Source: an uncultured Zetaproteobacteria bacterium (GTDB lineage: Bacteria; Pseudomonadota; Zetaproteobacteria; Mariprofundales; Mariprofundaceae). Taken from it: DNA of 35,343 nt. This document shows, one piece after another, positions 18,390-26,823 of the stretch (position 1 is the stretch's first letter; every line of letters starts with the position of its first letter). Below the pieces are notes generated by a model. That model searched no databases. It worked only from the letters and a program-made list of their open reading frames with translations, and was not told the DNA's origin. Both the position numbers and the translations under genes were made by a program. The stretch is taken from the NCBI GenBank assembly GCA_964505995.1, contig CAZDLB010000003.1, positions 1,735-37,077 on the forward strand, given 5' to 3'.

Positions 18390-20423
18390 ATGGCGATTTC
18401 GATCTACGACAGGCTGATGCTGCCGGTTTCGGAGGTGCCCGGCATCGGCCCCGCGCTGGAGAAGAAACTGGCCGCGCGCGGAATCGAGAGGCTGGGCGAT
18501 CTGCTGCTGCATCTGCCGAAGCGCTATGTCGATGATCGCCGCATCACCCCCATCGCCGGGCTCGTCGAGAACATGCCATGCCGCGTGCAGGGCGTGATTC
18601 TGCGCAGACAGGCTCACGGGCATGGCCGGAAAAGGCAGGTGCGTCTGCGGCTGGCCGATGAGAGCGGAGAGATATCGCTGATCTTCTTTCATTCCGCTTA
18701 CATGATGCATGATGCGCGCCTGGCCGAGGGCGGCCGGATCACCGTGCGCGGCACGCCCGAACGATGGCGGGGTCAGTGGCAGATGGCGCATCCGCAATGG
18801 CAGAGCCTGGAGCGCTTTCAGCCGGGATTTCATCCCGAATATGCCGCGCTGGCGGGGCTGACCGGCCGGCGTGTGGGCGCCCTGATCGAACAGGCATTGA
18901 AGCTGCTACCCGATGGCCTTTGCAGTCCGCTGGATGCGCTGCCACGTGCCGGACGCGGTCAGCAAACGTGGCCGAGCCTTGCTGCGGCGCTGCGCAAGCT
19001 TCATCAGCCGGGTCGCGATGGCATGCAGGGCATGGATGATGCGACCCTTCGGCTCAAGAGCGAGGAGATCGCGGTCTATCTCGAACTGATGCGACAGAAG
19101 CGTCGGCGCGCCGACTGCCCGGCCGTCGCGCTGGCAGACCGGCAGGATGATCTTGCCGCCAGGCTTGAGCGATCACTGCCGCATCCGCTGACCCCGGCAC
19201 AGCAGCAGGTCTGGCGCGAGATTTCCTCCGATCTGGCCTCCGGCCGTCGCATGCATCGGCTGCTGCAGGGGGATGTCGGCTCGGGCAAGACGTGGATTGC
19301 CGCGCTGGCCATGGCTCGGGCAGCCTCCAGCGATCGGCAGGCGGCCATGCTCGCGCCGACCGAGGTGCTGGCACGTCAGCATGCCGAGAGCCTGAATCAG
19401 CTTTTTGCACCCGTTGGCCTTTCGGTGGCGCTGCTGACCGGCAGCACGAAGGCGGCGGAACGAAGGAAGATTCTCGCTTCGCTGGCCAGTGGCGAGGAGA
19501 AGCTGATCGTCGGCACGCATGCGCTGCTGACCGAGGATGTGAGCTTTTGCCGGCTGGCGCTGGCGCTGGTGGATGAACAGCATCGCTTTGGCGTGCGGCA
19601 GCGCTGGGCGCTGACCGAGAAGGGAGAGAACGTGCATCTGCTGGGCATGACCGCGACACCGATCCCGCGCTCACTGGCCATGGCCCTGTACGGCGACATG
19701 GATCTGAGCCTGATGCGCGGCATGCCGCCGGGGCGCAAGCCGGTGGAAACGCGCGTGCTGGCGGTCGCGCGCATGCCGGCACTGCTGGCGGGCATGCGGC
19801 GCATTCTCGATCAGCAGGGGCGCATCTACTGGATCGTGCCGCGCATCGACGAGGATGAGGATGGCGTTTCGGTGGACCAGCGTTGCGAGCATCTGAGCGG
19901 GCAGTTTCCCGATGCCGGGGTCGCAGGCCTGCATGGTCGCATGAAGCCGGCCGACAAGCATCGGGCCCTGGATGCGTTTGCACACGGCGAGAGCCGGATT
20001 CTGGTGTCCACGACCGTGGTTGAGGTCGGGGTCAACGTGCCCGAGGCCAGGCTGATCGTCATCGAACAGGCCGAGCAGTACGGCCTGGCGCAGCTGCATC
20101 AGCTGCGCGGCCGGGTCGGACGATCGGATGAACAGGGGTACTGCATCCTGATGGCTGGCGACGGGCTGTCATCGGCCGGGGTCGAGCGCCTGAAGCTGAT
20201 GGAGCGCTGCCACGACGGGCTGGAGCTCGCCGAGGCGGATCTGAAGATGCGCGGCGCCGGCGATGCAGTGGGCACGCGCCAGAGCGGCGAGGCCGGCTTC
20301 CGGCTGCTGGATGTTGCCGGCGATGCCGGGCTGATCCGCGACTGGCATGCGCATCTTCCCGAACTCGAGCCCGATGAACGCATGATCCTTTTCTGGCGAC
20401 CGGAGGCGAACTCGTTCGATTGA
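18390..20423 (+). CDS. recG: ATP-dependent DNA helicase RecG.
   Basis: It has an N-terminal wedge region, helicase motif I (GDVGSGKTWIA), DEQHRFGV, and C-terminal QLHQLRGRVGR. The start is placed at the internal ATG 18390 (MAISIYDRL...). The track ORF starts at 18321. Confidence 0.9.
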   Translation: MAISIYDRLMLPVSEVPGIGPALEKKLAARGIERLGDLLLHLPKRYVDDRRITPIAGLVENMPCRVQGVILRRQAHGHGRKRQVRLRLADESGEISLIFFHSAYMMHDARLAEGGRITVRGTPERWRGQWQMAHPQWQSLERFQPGFHPEYAALAGLTGRRVGALIEQALKLLPDGLCSPLDALPRAGRGQQTWPSLAAALRKLHQPGRDGMQGMDDATLRLKSEEIAVYLELMRQKRRRADCPAVALADRQDDLAARLERSLPHPLTPAQQQVWREISSDLASGRRMHRLLQGDVGSGKTWIAALAMARAASSDRQAAMLAPTEVLARQHAESLNQLFAPVGLSVALLTGSTKAAERRKILASLASGEEKLIVGTHALLTEDVSFCRLALALVDEQHRFGVRQRWALTEKGENVHLLGMTATPIPRSLAMALYGDMDLSLMRGMPPGRKPVETRVLAVARMPALLAGMRRILDQQGRIYWIVPRIDEDEDGVSVDQRCEHLSGQFPDAGVAGLHGRMKPADKHRALDAFAHGESRILVSTTVVEVGVNVPEARLIVIEQAEQYGLAQLHQLRGRVGRSDEQGYCILMAGDGLSSAGVERLKLMERCHDGLELAEADLKMRGAGDAVGTRQSGEAGFRLLDVAGDAGLIRDWHAHLPELEPDERMILFWRPEANSFD

Positions 20424-20497
20424 TCATAGGCCCCAGCCAGTCGCGATTGGCGTGATTATTGCTTGTCCTGCTCCGGATTCGAACGAGGAGCGTGCAT

Positions 20498-22228
20498 ATG
20501 GCAAGAGCGGGGCTATCGAACAACAGGAAACGCAAGATCCGGCAGCTGCTGGGCGAGGGCGCGGATGCCTTCTGGCGCAGCGACTATCCGCATGCGGAAC
20601 GGTGTGCGACACAGGTTCTGGCGATGGATCCGGAGAACGCCGATGCGCTGAATATCCTGGCGCTGATCATCGCGCGCCTGGGCGATCGCAACTCGGCCAT
20701 CGCGCTGCTGCAGAAGGCGCATGCGCTGCATCCCAGGCATGCCCAGACGCTGCAGAACCTCGCCAGCATGTACGTCGATGCCAGGGAATACGTTCAGGCG
20801 GCCGAATATTTCCGACTCTACACCGAGGCGATGCCTGAAGATGCGCGGGGTTGGTGCGCGCTGTCCGGTGCGAGTTTCGAGGCCAAGGACCTGAGAACGG
20901 CGGAAATGGCGGCGAGAAAGGCTTTGGAGCTGGATCCCGATCAGGCCGAGGCCATGATCAATCTGGCCAATGTGAAGCGTGAGATGATGCAGACCGAGGG
21001 CGTGCTGGAGCTCATGGATCGTGCGGTCGCGCTGGAACCTGAGAACGCGAACGCGCGTTTCAATTATGGCCTGGCTCTCGTGGAGCAGGGAAGGATGCAG
21101 GAAGGCGAGGCGCAGCTGCGGGCATGCCTTCGACTCGATCCAAAACATGCGCCGGCATGGCGTATCCTGATCGATGCGAACATGCCGAAGGAATACAATG
21201 ACGATGTCCGGACCATGGAAAGGCTGCATGCCGAGGGGGGGCTGGACGACGACAATCGCTCGATGCTGGCCTTCGCGCTGGGCAAGGTCTGGGAAAAGCT
21301 GAAGGATTATGACAAGGCCTTCGCCTTTTATGAGGAAGGCAACCGGCTGCACCGCAAGAGCTTCGACTACAATGTCGAGGACGATGCGCGCGATGTCGAG
21401 GAGATCTGTTCCTTCTTTACCAAGGAGTTCTTTGCCGAACATGAGGGGTTCGGCTTTGAGGATGAAACGCCGGTCTTTGTCGTCGGCATGCCCCGATCCG
21501 GCAGCACGCTGGTGGAGCAGATCCTGTCCTCGCATCCCGAGGTCAGTGGTGCGGGCGAGTCGGGGCTGTTCCGCAATGTTCTGACCAGCAGGCTTTCCGA
21601 CGGCAGCGGCCGGATGAATCTGTCCAGGCTGGCTGCGATGGATGCAGACGGGGTTCGCTGGATCGGCGAAACCTATGTCCGGGTCATGCGCGAGGTCTTT
21701 CCGGACAGCCCCCGGATCACCGACAAGGCGCTGCCGAACCTGTGGCTGATCGGTGCGATGCATCTGGCCTTGCCGAAGGCCCGAATCATCCATTGCCGGC
21801 GCAACCCGATGGACAACTGCCTGTCCATCTATGCCAACCGCTTCGTCGGCTATCTGTTCCGTTTTGCCTACGATCAGCAGGAGCTGGGTCAGCATTATCT
21901 TCTGTATCAGCGGATGATGCAGCACTGGCGCCAGACGCTCAGCCCGGAGATCTTCTATGAAATCAGCTATGAGGAGCTCGTGGCGGATCCGGAATCGGAG
22001 GTCAGGAGGCTGCTGGAGTTCTGCGGGCTGGACTGGCATGAGGACTGCCTGGCCTTCCACAAGGCCAGGCGTCAGGTGCGCACGACCAGCGTGGCGCAGG
22101 TGCGCCAGCCGATCTACCGCTCCTCGGTGGAGCGCTGGCGACGGTTTGAAGCACACCTTGGCCCGCTGTGCCGTGTCCTTGGCGTGGATGTCGACGATGA
22201 AAGCGAAGAAAAAACTAAAGTGGCGTGA
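20498..22228 (+). CDS. TPR-repeat protein fused to a PAPS-type sulfotransferase domain.
   Basis: The N-terminal ~300 aa consist of TPR-like repeats (for example AEAMINLANVKREM and ARFNYGLALVEQGRMQEGEAQLRACLRLDP). The C-terminal domain has the 5'-phosphosulfate loop VGMPRSGSTLVEQIL and the 3'-phosphate motif IIHCRRNPMDNCLS. The start is set at ATG 20498, with GAGGAG 8 nt upstream. Confidence 0.8.
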   Translation: MARAGLSNNRKRKIRQLLGEGADAFWRSDYPHAERCATQVLAMDPENADALNILALIIARLGDRNSAIALLQKAHALHPRHAQTLQNLASMYVDAREYVQAAEYFRLYTEAMPEDARGWCALSGASFEAKDLRTAEMAARKALELDPDQAEAMINLANVKREMMQTEGVLELMDRAVALEPENANARFNYGLALVEQGRMQEGEAQLRACLRLDPKHAPAWRILIDANMPKEYNDDVRTMERLHAEGGLDDDNRSMLAFALGKVWEKLKDYDKAFAFYEEGNRLHRKSFDYNVEDDARDVEEICSFFTKEFFAEHEGFGFEDETPVFVVGMPRSGSTLVEQILSSHPEVSGAGESGLFRNVLTSRLSDGSGRMNLSRLAAMDADGVRWIGETYVRVMREVFPDSPRITDKALPNLWLIGAMHLALPKARIIHCRRNPMDNCLSIYANRFVGYLFRFAYDQQELGQHYLLYQRMMQHWRQTLSPEIFYEISYEELVADPESEVRRLLEFCGLDWHEDCLAFHKARRQVRTTSVAQVRQPIYRSSVERWRRFEAHLGPLCRVLGVDVDDESEEKTKVA

Positions 22229-22242
22229 GGCAGCTGCGATAG
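22216..22242 (+). promoter_or_regulatory. Candidate sigma-28 (FliA) promoter for fliC.
   Basis: TAAAG-N14-TGCGATAG compared with the enterobacterial consensus TAAA-N15-GCCGATAA. The spacing is exact, the -35 TAAAG matches, and the -10 core CGATA is conserved (5/8). It lies about 90 nt upstream of the fliC ATG and overlaps the stop codon of the sulfotransferase gene. Confidence 0.4.
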
Positions 22243-22330
22243 ATACTCCCAGACGCGGCATGCGTCGCACCGGCAAGACCGGCATGGCAGGGCAGGAAGT
22301 CGTCCATGAACACCCCCAAGGAGAGAAATC

Positions 22331-23194
22331 ATGTCACTTGTAGTACAAACCAACAACGCAGCCATCACGGCTCTGAAGCACCTGAACACGAATTCGCTGG
22401 AGATGAACAAGTCTCTGGAGAAGCTGTCTTCGGGTTATCGCATCAACAATGCGGCGGATGATGCCGCGGGCTACGCCATTGCCACCAAGCTGGAGGGCCA
22501 GGGCGCCCGCCTGAAGGCGGCTTCGCTCAACGCCAGCCAGGCGACGGCCATGGTGAAGATGGCGGATGCGGCCATCAACGAGATCCAGAACATGGTGGTT
22601 CGCATCCAGACCCTGGCCACTCAGGCGGCCAGCGGCCAGAACTCGGCCGAGGTTTCCAAGCTCGAGGCCGAGCGTACGGCGCTGACGGCGCAGATCGACC
22701 AGATCGCCAAGGGCACGAACTACAACGGTACTGCCCTGCTGGATGGCACTCTGAACAAGAGCTTCATCGTCGGCGATTCGAACGTGGCCAGCCAGAGCAC
22801 GGTGTCGGTCGCGATGACCCAGGCCTTCACGTCCTCCGGTCTCGGCCTGTCCGGCACCGGCGTGGCCGGCTTTACGGCAACGGGTACGGGTACCACTGCC
22901 GTTTCGGCTTCGGCCAATGCCAAGACCTACATCGGTCTGGCCAAGACCGCGCTGGATACCATCGCGGCCAAGCGTGCTGATTTCGGCGCGATCCAGAATC
23001 GTCTGGGCTATGTGAACGCCAACCTGGCCACGCAGATCGAGCAGAACGCTGCGGCAGTGTCCACGATCAAGGATGCCGACATGGCCTCCGAGATGGCCAA
23101 CTTCACCAAGAGTCAGATCCTGGTGCAGGCCGGAACCGCCATGCTGGCACAGGCCAATCAGGCATCGCAGAACGTCCTGAGTCTGTTCAGGTAA
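22331..23194 (+). CDS. fliC: Flagellin, minimal-length form (D0/D1 domains only).
   Basis: 287 aa. The N-terminus is LEKLSSGYRINNAADDAAGYAIATKL and the C-terminus is RADFGAIQNRL...MASEMANFTKSQILVQAGTAMLAQANQASQNVLSLF. The central ~45 aa are Ser/Thr/Gly-rich. Confidence 0.9.
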   Translation: MSLVVQTNNAAITALKHLNTNSLEMNKSLEKLSSGYRINNAADDAAGYAIATKLEGQGARLKAASLNASQATAMVKMADAAINEIQNMVVRIQTLATQAASGQNSAEVSKLEAERTALTAQIDQIAKGTNYNGTALLDGTLNKSFIVGDSNVASQSTVSVAMTQAFTSSGLGLSGTGVAGFTATGTGTTAVSASANAKTYIGLAKTALDTIAAKRADFGAIQNRLGYVNANLATQIEQNAAAVSTIKDADMASEMANFTKSQILVQAGTAMLAQANQASQNVLSLFR

Positions 23195-23206
23195 GGATGA
23201 CGGCAT

Positions 23207-23240
23207 TCCCTCCCTTTCCGGAACATAGGAAAGGGAGGGA
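23207..23240 (+). terminator. Strong stem-loop after fliC (attenuator, terminator or mRNA stabiliser). No U tract follows.
   Basis: TCCCTCCCTTTCC (23207-23219) pairs perfectly with GGAAAGGGAGGGA (23228-23240): a 13-bp stem with the 8-nt loop GGAACATA. Confidence 0.45.
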
Positions 23241-23268
23241 GAGCCGAAATGGAGCAAGGAGGTAAGCC

Positions 23269-23640
23269 ATGGTAGCCATCGTTACATCGAGCACCGGCGT
23301 TTCGCTGTCTCCGTCATCCATTGAGGTTCGTCATTCTCCGTCTGGCATCTCGGTGAAAGCTGGAGCTGAAACTGGGAAAATCAGTCCGTCGCTTGATCCA
23401 TCCCAGAAACAGGTCACTGAGCAGGATGTTCAGAAGGCTGTTCAGCAGGCCAACATCGAGTTTGCCGGGATGAATCAGAAGATCGGATTTGGGTACGAGA
23501 AGCGTTTGGGCCAGCTCTATGTCCAGGTGCTTGATAAACACACAGGCGAGGTGGTCAAGGAGGTCCCCCCCAAGGAGTTCATTGAACACCAGGCCGCAAT
23601 GAAAGAGCTGATGGGCCTGCTCGTCGATCGGAAGGCATAG
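23269..23640 (+). CDS. flaG: FlaG-family flagellar protein.
   Basis: 123 aa. KIGFGYEKRLGQLYVQVLDKHTGEVVKEVPPKEFIE is the FlaG C-terminal core. It sits in the canonical position between fliC and fliD. Confidence 0.8.
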   Translation: MVAIVTSSTGVSLSPSSIEVRHSPSGISVKAGAETGKISPSLDPSQKQVTEQDVQKAVQQANIEFAGMNQKIGFGYEKRLGQLYVQVLDKHTGEVVKEVPPKEFIEHQAAMKELMGLLVDRKA

Positions 23641-25986
23641 ATGGCCGGACTGTCGTCGATCTCGGGTCTCGTCGCAGGCTTTGACACCAAAGGGGCGGTC
23701 AACGAACTGTTGGCCGCCCAAAGGTTGCAGATAGACACCCTCAAACAGAAGCAGGATGCCGAGACACAGAAGCAGGATGCCTACGCCAGCCTGAATCTGG
23801 CGCTGCTGGATCTGAAGAATACCGCCGCGAACCTCTCGGATGCCTCGCTGTTCTTCGGCTATACGGCCCAGCTGAATTCAGACAATGCCAGCGTTCCCGC
23901 TTCCTCGCTGGTGGACATCAGCGGCGGCAGCGCCCTCAATGCCGGCTCCCACACGCTGGTCGTGGAGCAGCTGGCCACAGCCCAGCGCGAGGCCTCATCG
24001 AGCGCGGTACAAACGTCAACGGGTGCGGCGGCCAGCAGTGATACGCAGGCGCTTGGCCTGAGCGGCAGCTTTTCGATCAATGGCGTGACGATTAGCGTGT
24101 CGGCATCCGATTCCATCCTCGATATCGCATCGAACATCAATCAGGCGAATGCCGGCAGCAACGCCACAGGCGTGACGGCCAGCGTCATCAAGTCCGCCAG
24201 CAGCGATTACCGGCTGGTGCTGACCAGCGATACGACGGGCTCCACCGGCTTTACGCTGAGCGGGGCCGATCTCGATGCCGGCGGCGCACTGGCCGGACTG
24301 AATCTTGGAGCCGCAGGGCAGGCCAATGCCCGTCAGACGCTGCAGGCCGCCCAGGATGCGCGCGTCCAGCTCGACGGTATTACCGTCATCCGCTCCAGCA
24401 ATTCGATCTCCGATGCGATCAATGGTCTGACGCTGGATCTGAAGCAGGCCGATCCGACCGTCAGCGTCACCATCGATATCGGTGTGGACAAGGAAGGCGT
24501 GCGCGCCTCGGTGCAGAACTTCGTCGATCAGTACAATGCCGTGCAGGATTTCATCAATTCGCAGTTTGCCTTTGATGCCGAAACGGGCGTCGGTGGCGTG
24601 CTGGCCGGCGATCCGCTGCTGACCAACATCCAGCGCACGCTGTCCGACAGCCTGCTGCAGTCGGTGCCCGGCCTGGCTGGCGATCGCGATTCGCTGGTCA
24701 AGATCGGTGTCGAGCCCGATGCCAAGGGGCATCTGAGCATCAATACGACGCTGTTCGATCAGTTTCTCAACACGGATGTGAATGCAATCCGCGATGTATT
24801 CGTCGCGCAAGGTTCGAGCGCGAACGATCAGCTGAGCTATATCACCAGCGGCAGCGCCACACCCTCCGGCGTCTACGGCGTCAATATCAGCCAGGCGGCC
24901 ACGCAGGCCTCGGTGACCGGCACGGCGGATCTGGTCACAAGCCCGCTGGCCAGCGCCGAAACGGTAACGATTACCATGAATTCCGGCGCTCAGGCTGTCA
25001 TCAGCCTGGCTGCGGGTTCCGACCAGCAGGCCGTCATCAATGCGCTGAATGCCGAGTTTTCCAGAACCTACAGCGAGGTGCATCAGCTCAGTGCGGCACT
25101 GAGCGCGGGAGGCAGTCCGGCCACGGGCGCCAGTACCTTTGCCGATCTGGGGCTGGGCGTGGCCGCCGGAGACAGCATCAGCATCTCCGGCAGCAATCGC
25201 AGCGGCGCGGCCGTGTCGGCCACATATACCGTGCTGGATCCGGCCGTGGATACGCTCGGGGATCTGCTCTCCAGCATCAATGCGGCCTTCGGTTCACAGG
25301 CCACGGCCTCGATCGACGCGCAGGGGCATATCGTGCTGACCGACAATCTGGCCGGCGCCAGCCAGCTGAGCCTGAATCTGACGGCCAACAACGAGGGTGG
25401 CGGCACGCTGAACTTCGGCACGGACAGCATCGTCACCGAGGGGCGGGGGGCACTGGGAATCTCGGCCTCGGCCAGTGGCAACGGCGTGAGCATTTCGACG
25501 ACCCATTATGGCTCGGCCTACGGCTTTTCCATAGCCCAGAGCGTGGATGGACTCGGAATCGCGGATCAGAGCGTTTCCGGCACCGATGTGGCCGGCACGA
25601 TCAACGGTCTGGCGGCTTCCGGCAGCGGACAGATTCTGACGGGTTCGGCCGGCGAAGTGGATGGCCTGGTGCTGATGTATACCGGCAGTGCCACCGGCGC
25701 GGTCGGCGATCTGACCCTTGGCCTTGGTGTGGGAGCGCGCTACGAGTCCACGCTGGATCTGTATGCCAATCCGGTTGTCGGACTGATCAATGGCCAGATC
25801 CAGGCATCCCAGGGCATCTACGACACGCTGGCCGGGCGCATTGATGATCTGGAGCTGCAGCTGAGCCTGAGGGAGGAGCAGCTGACGCGCGCCTTCGCCG
25901 CGATGGAGAGCGCGATGAATCTGTTCCAGTCCACCGGTTCATTCCTGACGAACCAGATCAATGCGATGAACAAAACGAACAATTAA
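23641..25986 (+). CDS. fliD: Flagellar filament cap protein (hook-associated protein 2), unusually long.
   Basis: 781 aa. The N-terminus is SGLVAGFDTKGAVNELLAAQRLQIDTLKQKQ and the C-terminal coiled-coil is RIDDLELQLSLREEQLTRAFAAMESAMNLFQSTGSFLTNQI. The central part is large and Ser/Gly/Ala/Thr-rich. Confidence 0.9.
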   Translation: MAGLSSISGLVAGFDTKGAVNELLAAQRLQIDTLKQKQDAETQKQDAYASLNLALLDLKNTAANLSDASLFFGYTAQLNSDNASVPASSLVDISGGSALNAGSHTLVVEQLATAQREASSSAVQTSTGAAASSDTQALGLSGSFSINGVTISVSASDSILDIASNINQANAGSNATGVTASVIKSASSDYRLVLTSDTTGSTGFTLSGADLDAGGALAGLNLGAAGQANARQTLQAAQDARVQLDGITVIRSSNSISDAINGLTLDLKQADPTVSVTIDIGVDKEGVRASVQNFVDQYNAVQDFINSQFAFDAETGVGGVLAGDPLLTNIQRTLSDSLLQSVPGLAGDRDSLVKIGVEPDAKGHLSINTTLFDQFLNTDVNAIRDVFVAQGSSANDQLSYITSGSATPSGVYGVNISQAATQASVTGTADLVTSPLASAETVTITMNSGAQAVISLAAGSDQQAVINALNAEFSRTYSEVHQLSAALSAGGSPATGASTFADLGLGVAAGDSISISGSNRSGAAVSATYTVLDPAVDTLGDLLSSINAAFGSQATASIDAQGHIVLTDNLAGASQLSLNLTANNEGGGTLNFGTDSIVTEGRGALGISASASGNGVSISTTHYGSAYGFSIAQSVDGLGIADQSVSGTDVAGTINGLAASGSGQILTGSAGEVDGLVLMYTGSATGAVGDLTLGLGVGARYESTLDLYANPVVGLINGQIQASQGIYDTLAGRIDDLELQLSLREEQLTRAFAAMESAMNLFQSTGSFLTNQINAMNKTNN

Positions 25987-26066
25987 TCCTTCAGTCCGTC
26001 GCGGAACTGCCGATAGGTAGTTGGGAGGCGAGGAAAGCCCGAAACCCATCCGGCAAGGAGGCAGGC

Positions 26067-26504
26067 ATGACGAGATATCAGGCATATCAGGGACATCAGG
26101 TTGAAGGGGCAGGGCCGCTGGGTCTGGTGCTGCTGACTTACGAGGCGCTGTACAAATCGCTGGCCGGCGCATTGCACGCGATCCAGTCCAGGGATCTTGC
26201 CAGGGAGGCGGATTGTACGTCGCGGGCCATGGAGGCGCTGATCGAGCTTTCCTCCAGCCTCGATTATGAGGCCGGCGGCAAGATCGCCCGCGATCTCGGG
26301 GGGCTGTACATCTACATGATGAACCGGCTGACCGACAATCTCTGTTCCGGCTCGACCGAGGCCATCGAAGAGGTCATGCAGCTCGTTCAGACCCTGCGGG
26401 AGGGATGGCAGGAGCTGGAAGCCAGCCAGGGACGAAGTGACGCGTCCGGAGCCGGGGCTGTTCCGGCACGGCAGACGGGGGAACGTTCCTATGCCTCGGC
26501 ATGA
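26067..26504 (+). CDS. fliS: Flagellin-specific export chaperone FliS.
   Basis: 145 aa. GPLGLVLLTYEALYKSLAGA...AMEALIELSSSLDYEAGGKIARDLGGLYIYMMNRL is the FliS four-helix pattern. Confidence 0.9.
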   Translation: MTRYQAYQGHQVEGAGPLGLVLLTYEALYKSLAGALHAIQSRDLAREADCTSRAMEALIELSSSLDYEAGGKIARDLGGLYIYMMNRLTDNLCSGSTEAIEEVMQLVQTLREGWQELEASQGRSDASGAGAVPARQTGERSYASA

Positions 26505-26823
26505 GCAGGCTTTTGAAAGCGGATATCGAAAGGCCCGGCACTGTCTGGATGCGTGCTCCGAACTGATCCGCAAGGGAGACTGGGATGCGCTGCGGCAGCA
26601 GGCGGCCGCCTATCAGGATCTGGCGCATGCGCTGATCCGGGCTTCGGCGGGGCTTGAGCCCGAGGCAAGGCAGCGGGCGATGCTTTCACTGATCGAGCTT
26701 TCCGCACGTCATCGCAGGCTCATGTCCCTGCTGGCCGAGAGCATCTCCCGCATCTCCGAGGACCGGCAGCTTCTGGGCGAGGGGATGCGGACGCTGCGGG
26801 CCCAACGGGCGCTGATCAGCTAG
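26491..26823 (+). CDS. FliT-like flagellar chaperone (divergent).
   Basis: 110 aa from the internal ATG 26491, which overlaps the fliS 3' end by 14 nt. SELIRKGDWDALRQQAAAY parallels Salmonella FliT LELAQRGEWDLLLQQEVSY. Its position after fliS fits. Confidence 0.55.
   Translation: MPRHEQAFESGYRKARHCLDACSELIRKGDWDALRQQAAAYQDLAHALIRASAGLEPEARQRAMLSLIELSARHRRLMSLLAESISRISEDRQLLGEGMRTLRAQRALIS

Noticed and set aside
20470-20535. GGATTCGAAC (reverse complement of the tRNA T-loop GTTCGAATCC) with a possible 6/7 acceptor-like pairing on the minus strand. This raised the idea of a tRNA or tRNA-fragment att site at the edge of the flagellar cluster.
   Set aside because: The T-stem flanks (CCTCG and CCGGA) do not pair. 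The candidate is only about 63 nt, has no D or anticodon arms that I could fold, and overlaps the start of the sulfotransferase CDS. A 10-mer match is plausible by chance in 35 kb.
22229-22330. Sigma-54 type promoter (TGGC...TGC) upstream of fliC.
   Set aside because: The GG and GC elements are not at the required spacing (GG-N10-GC), and TTGC is absent. The FliA-type match at 22216-22242 is better.
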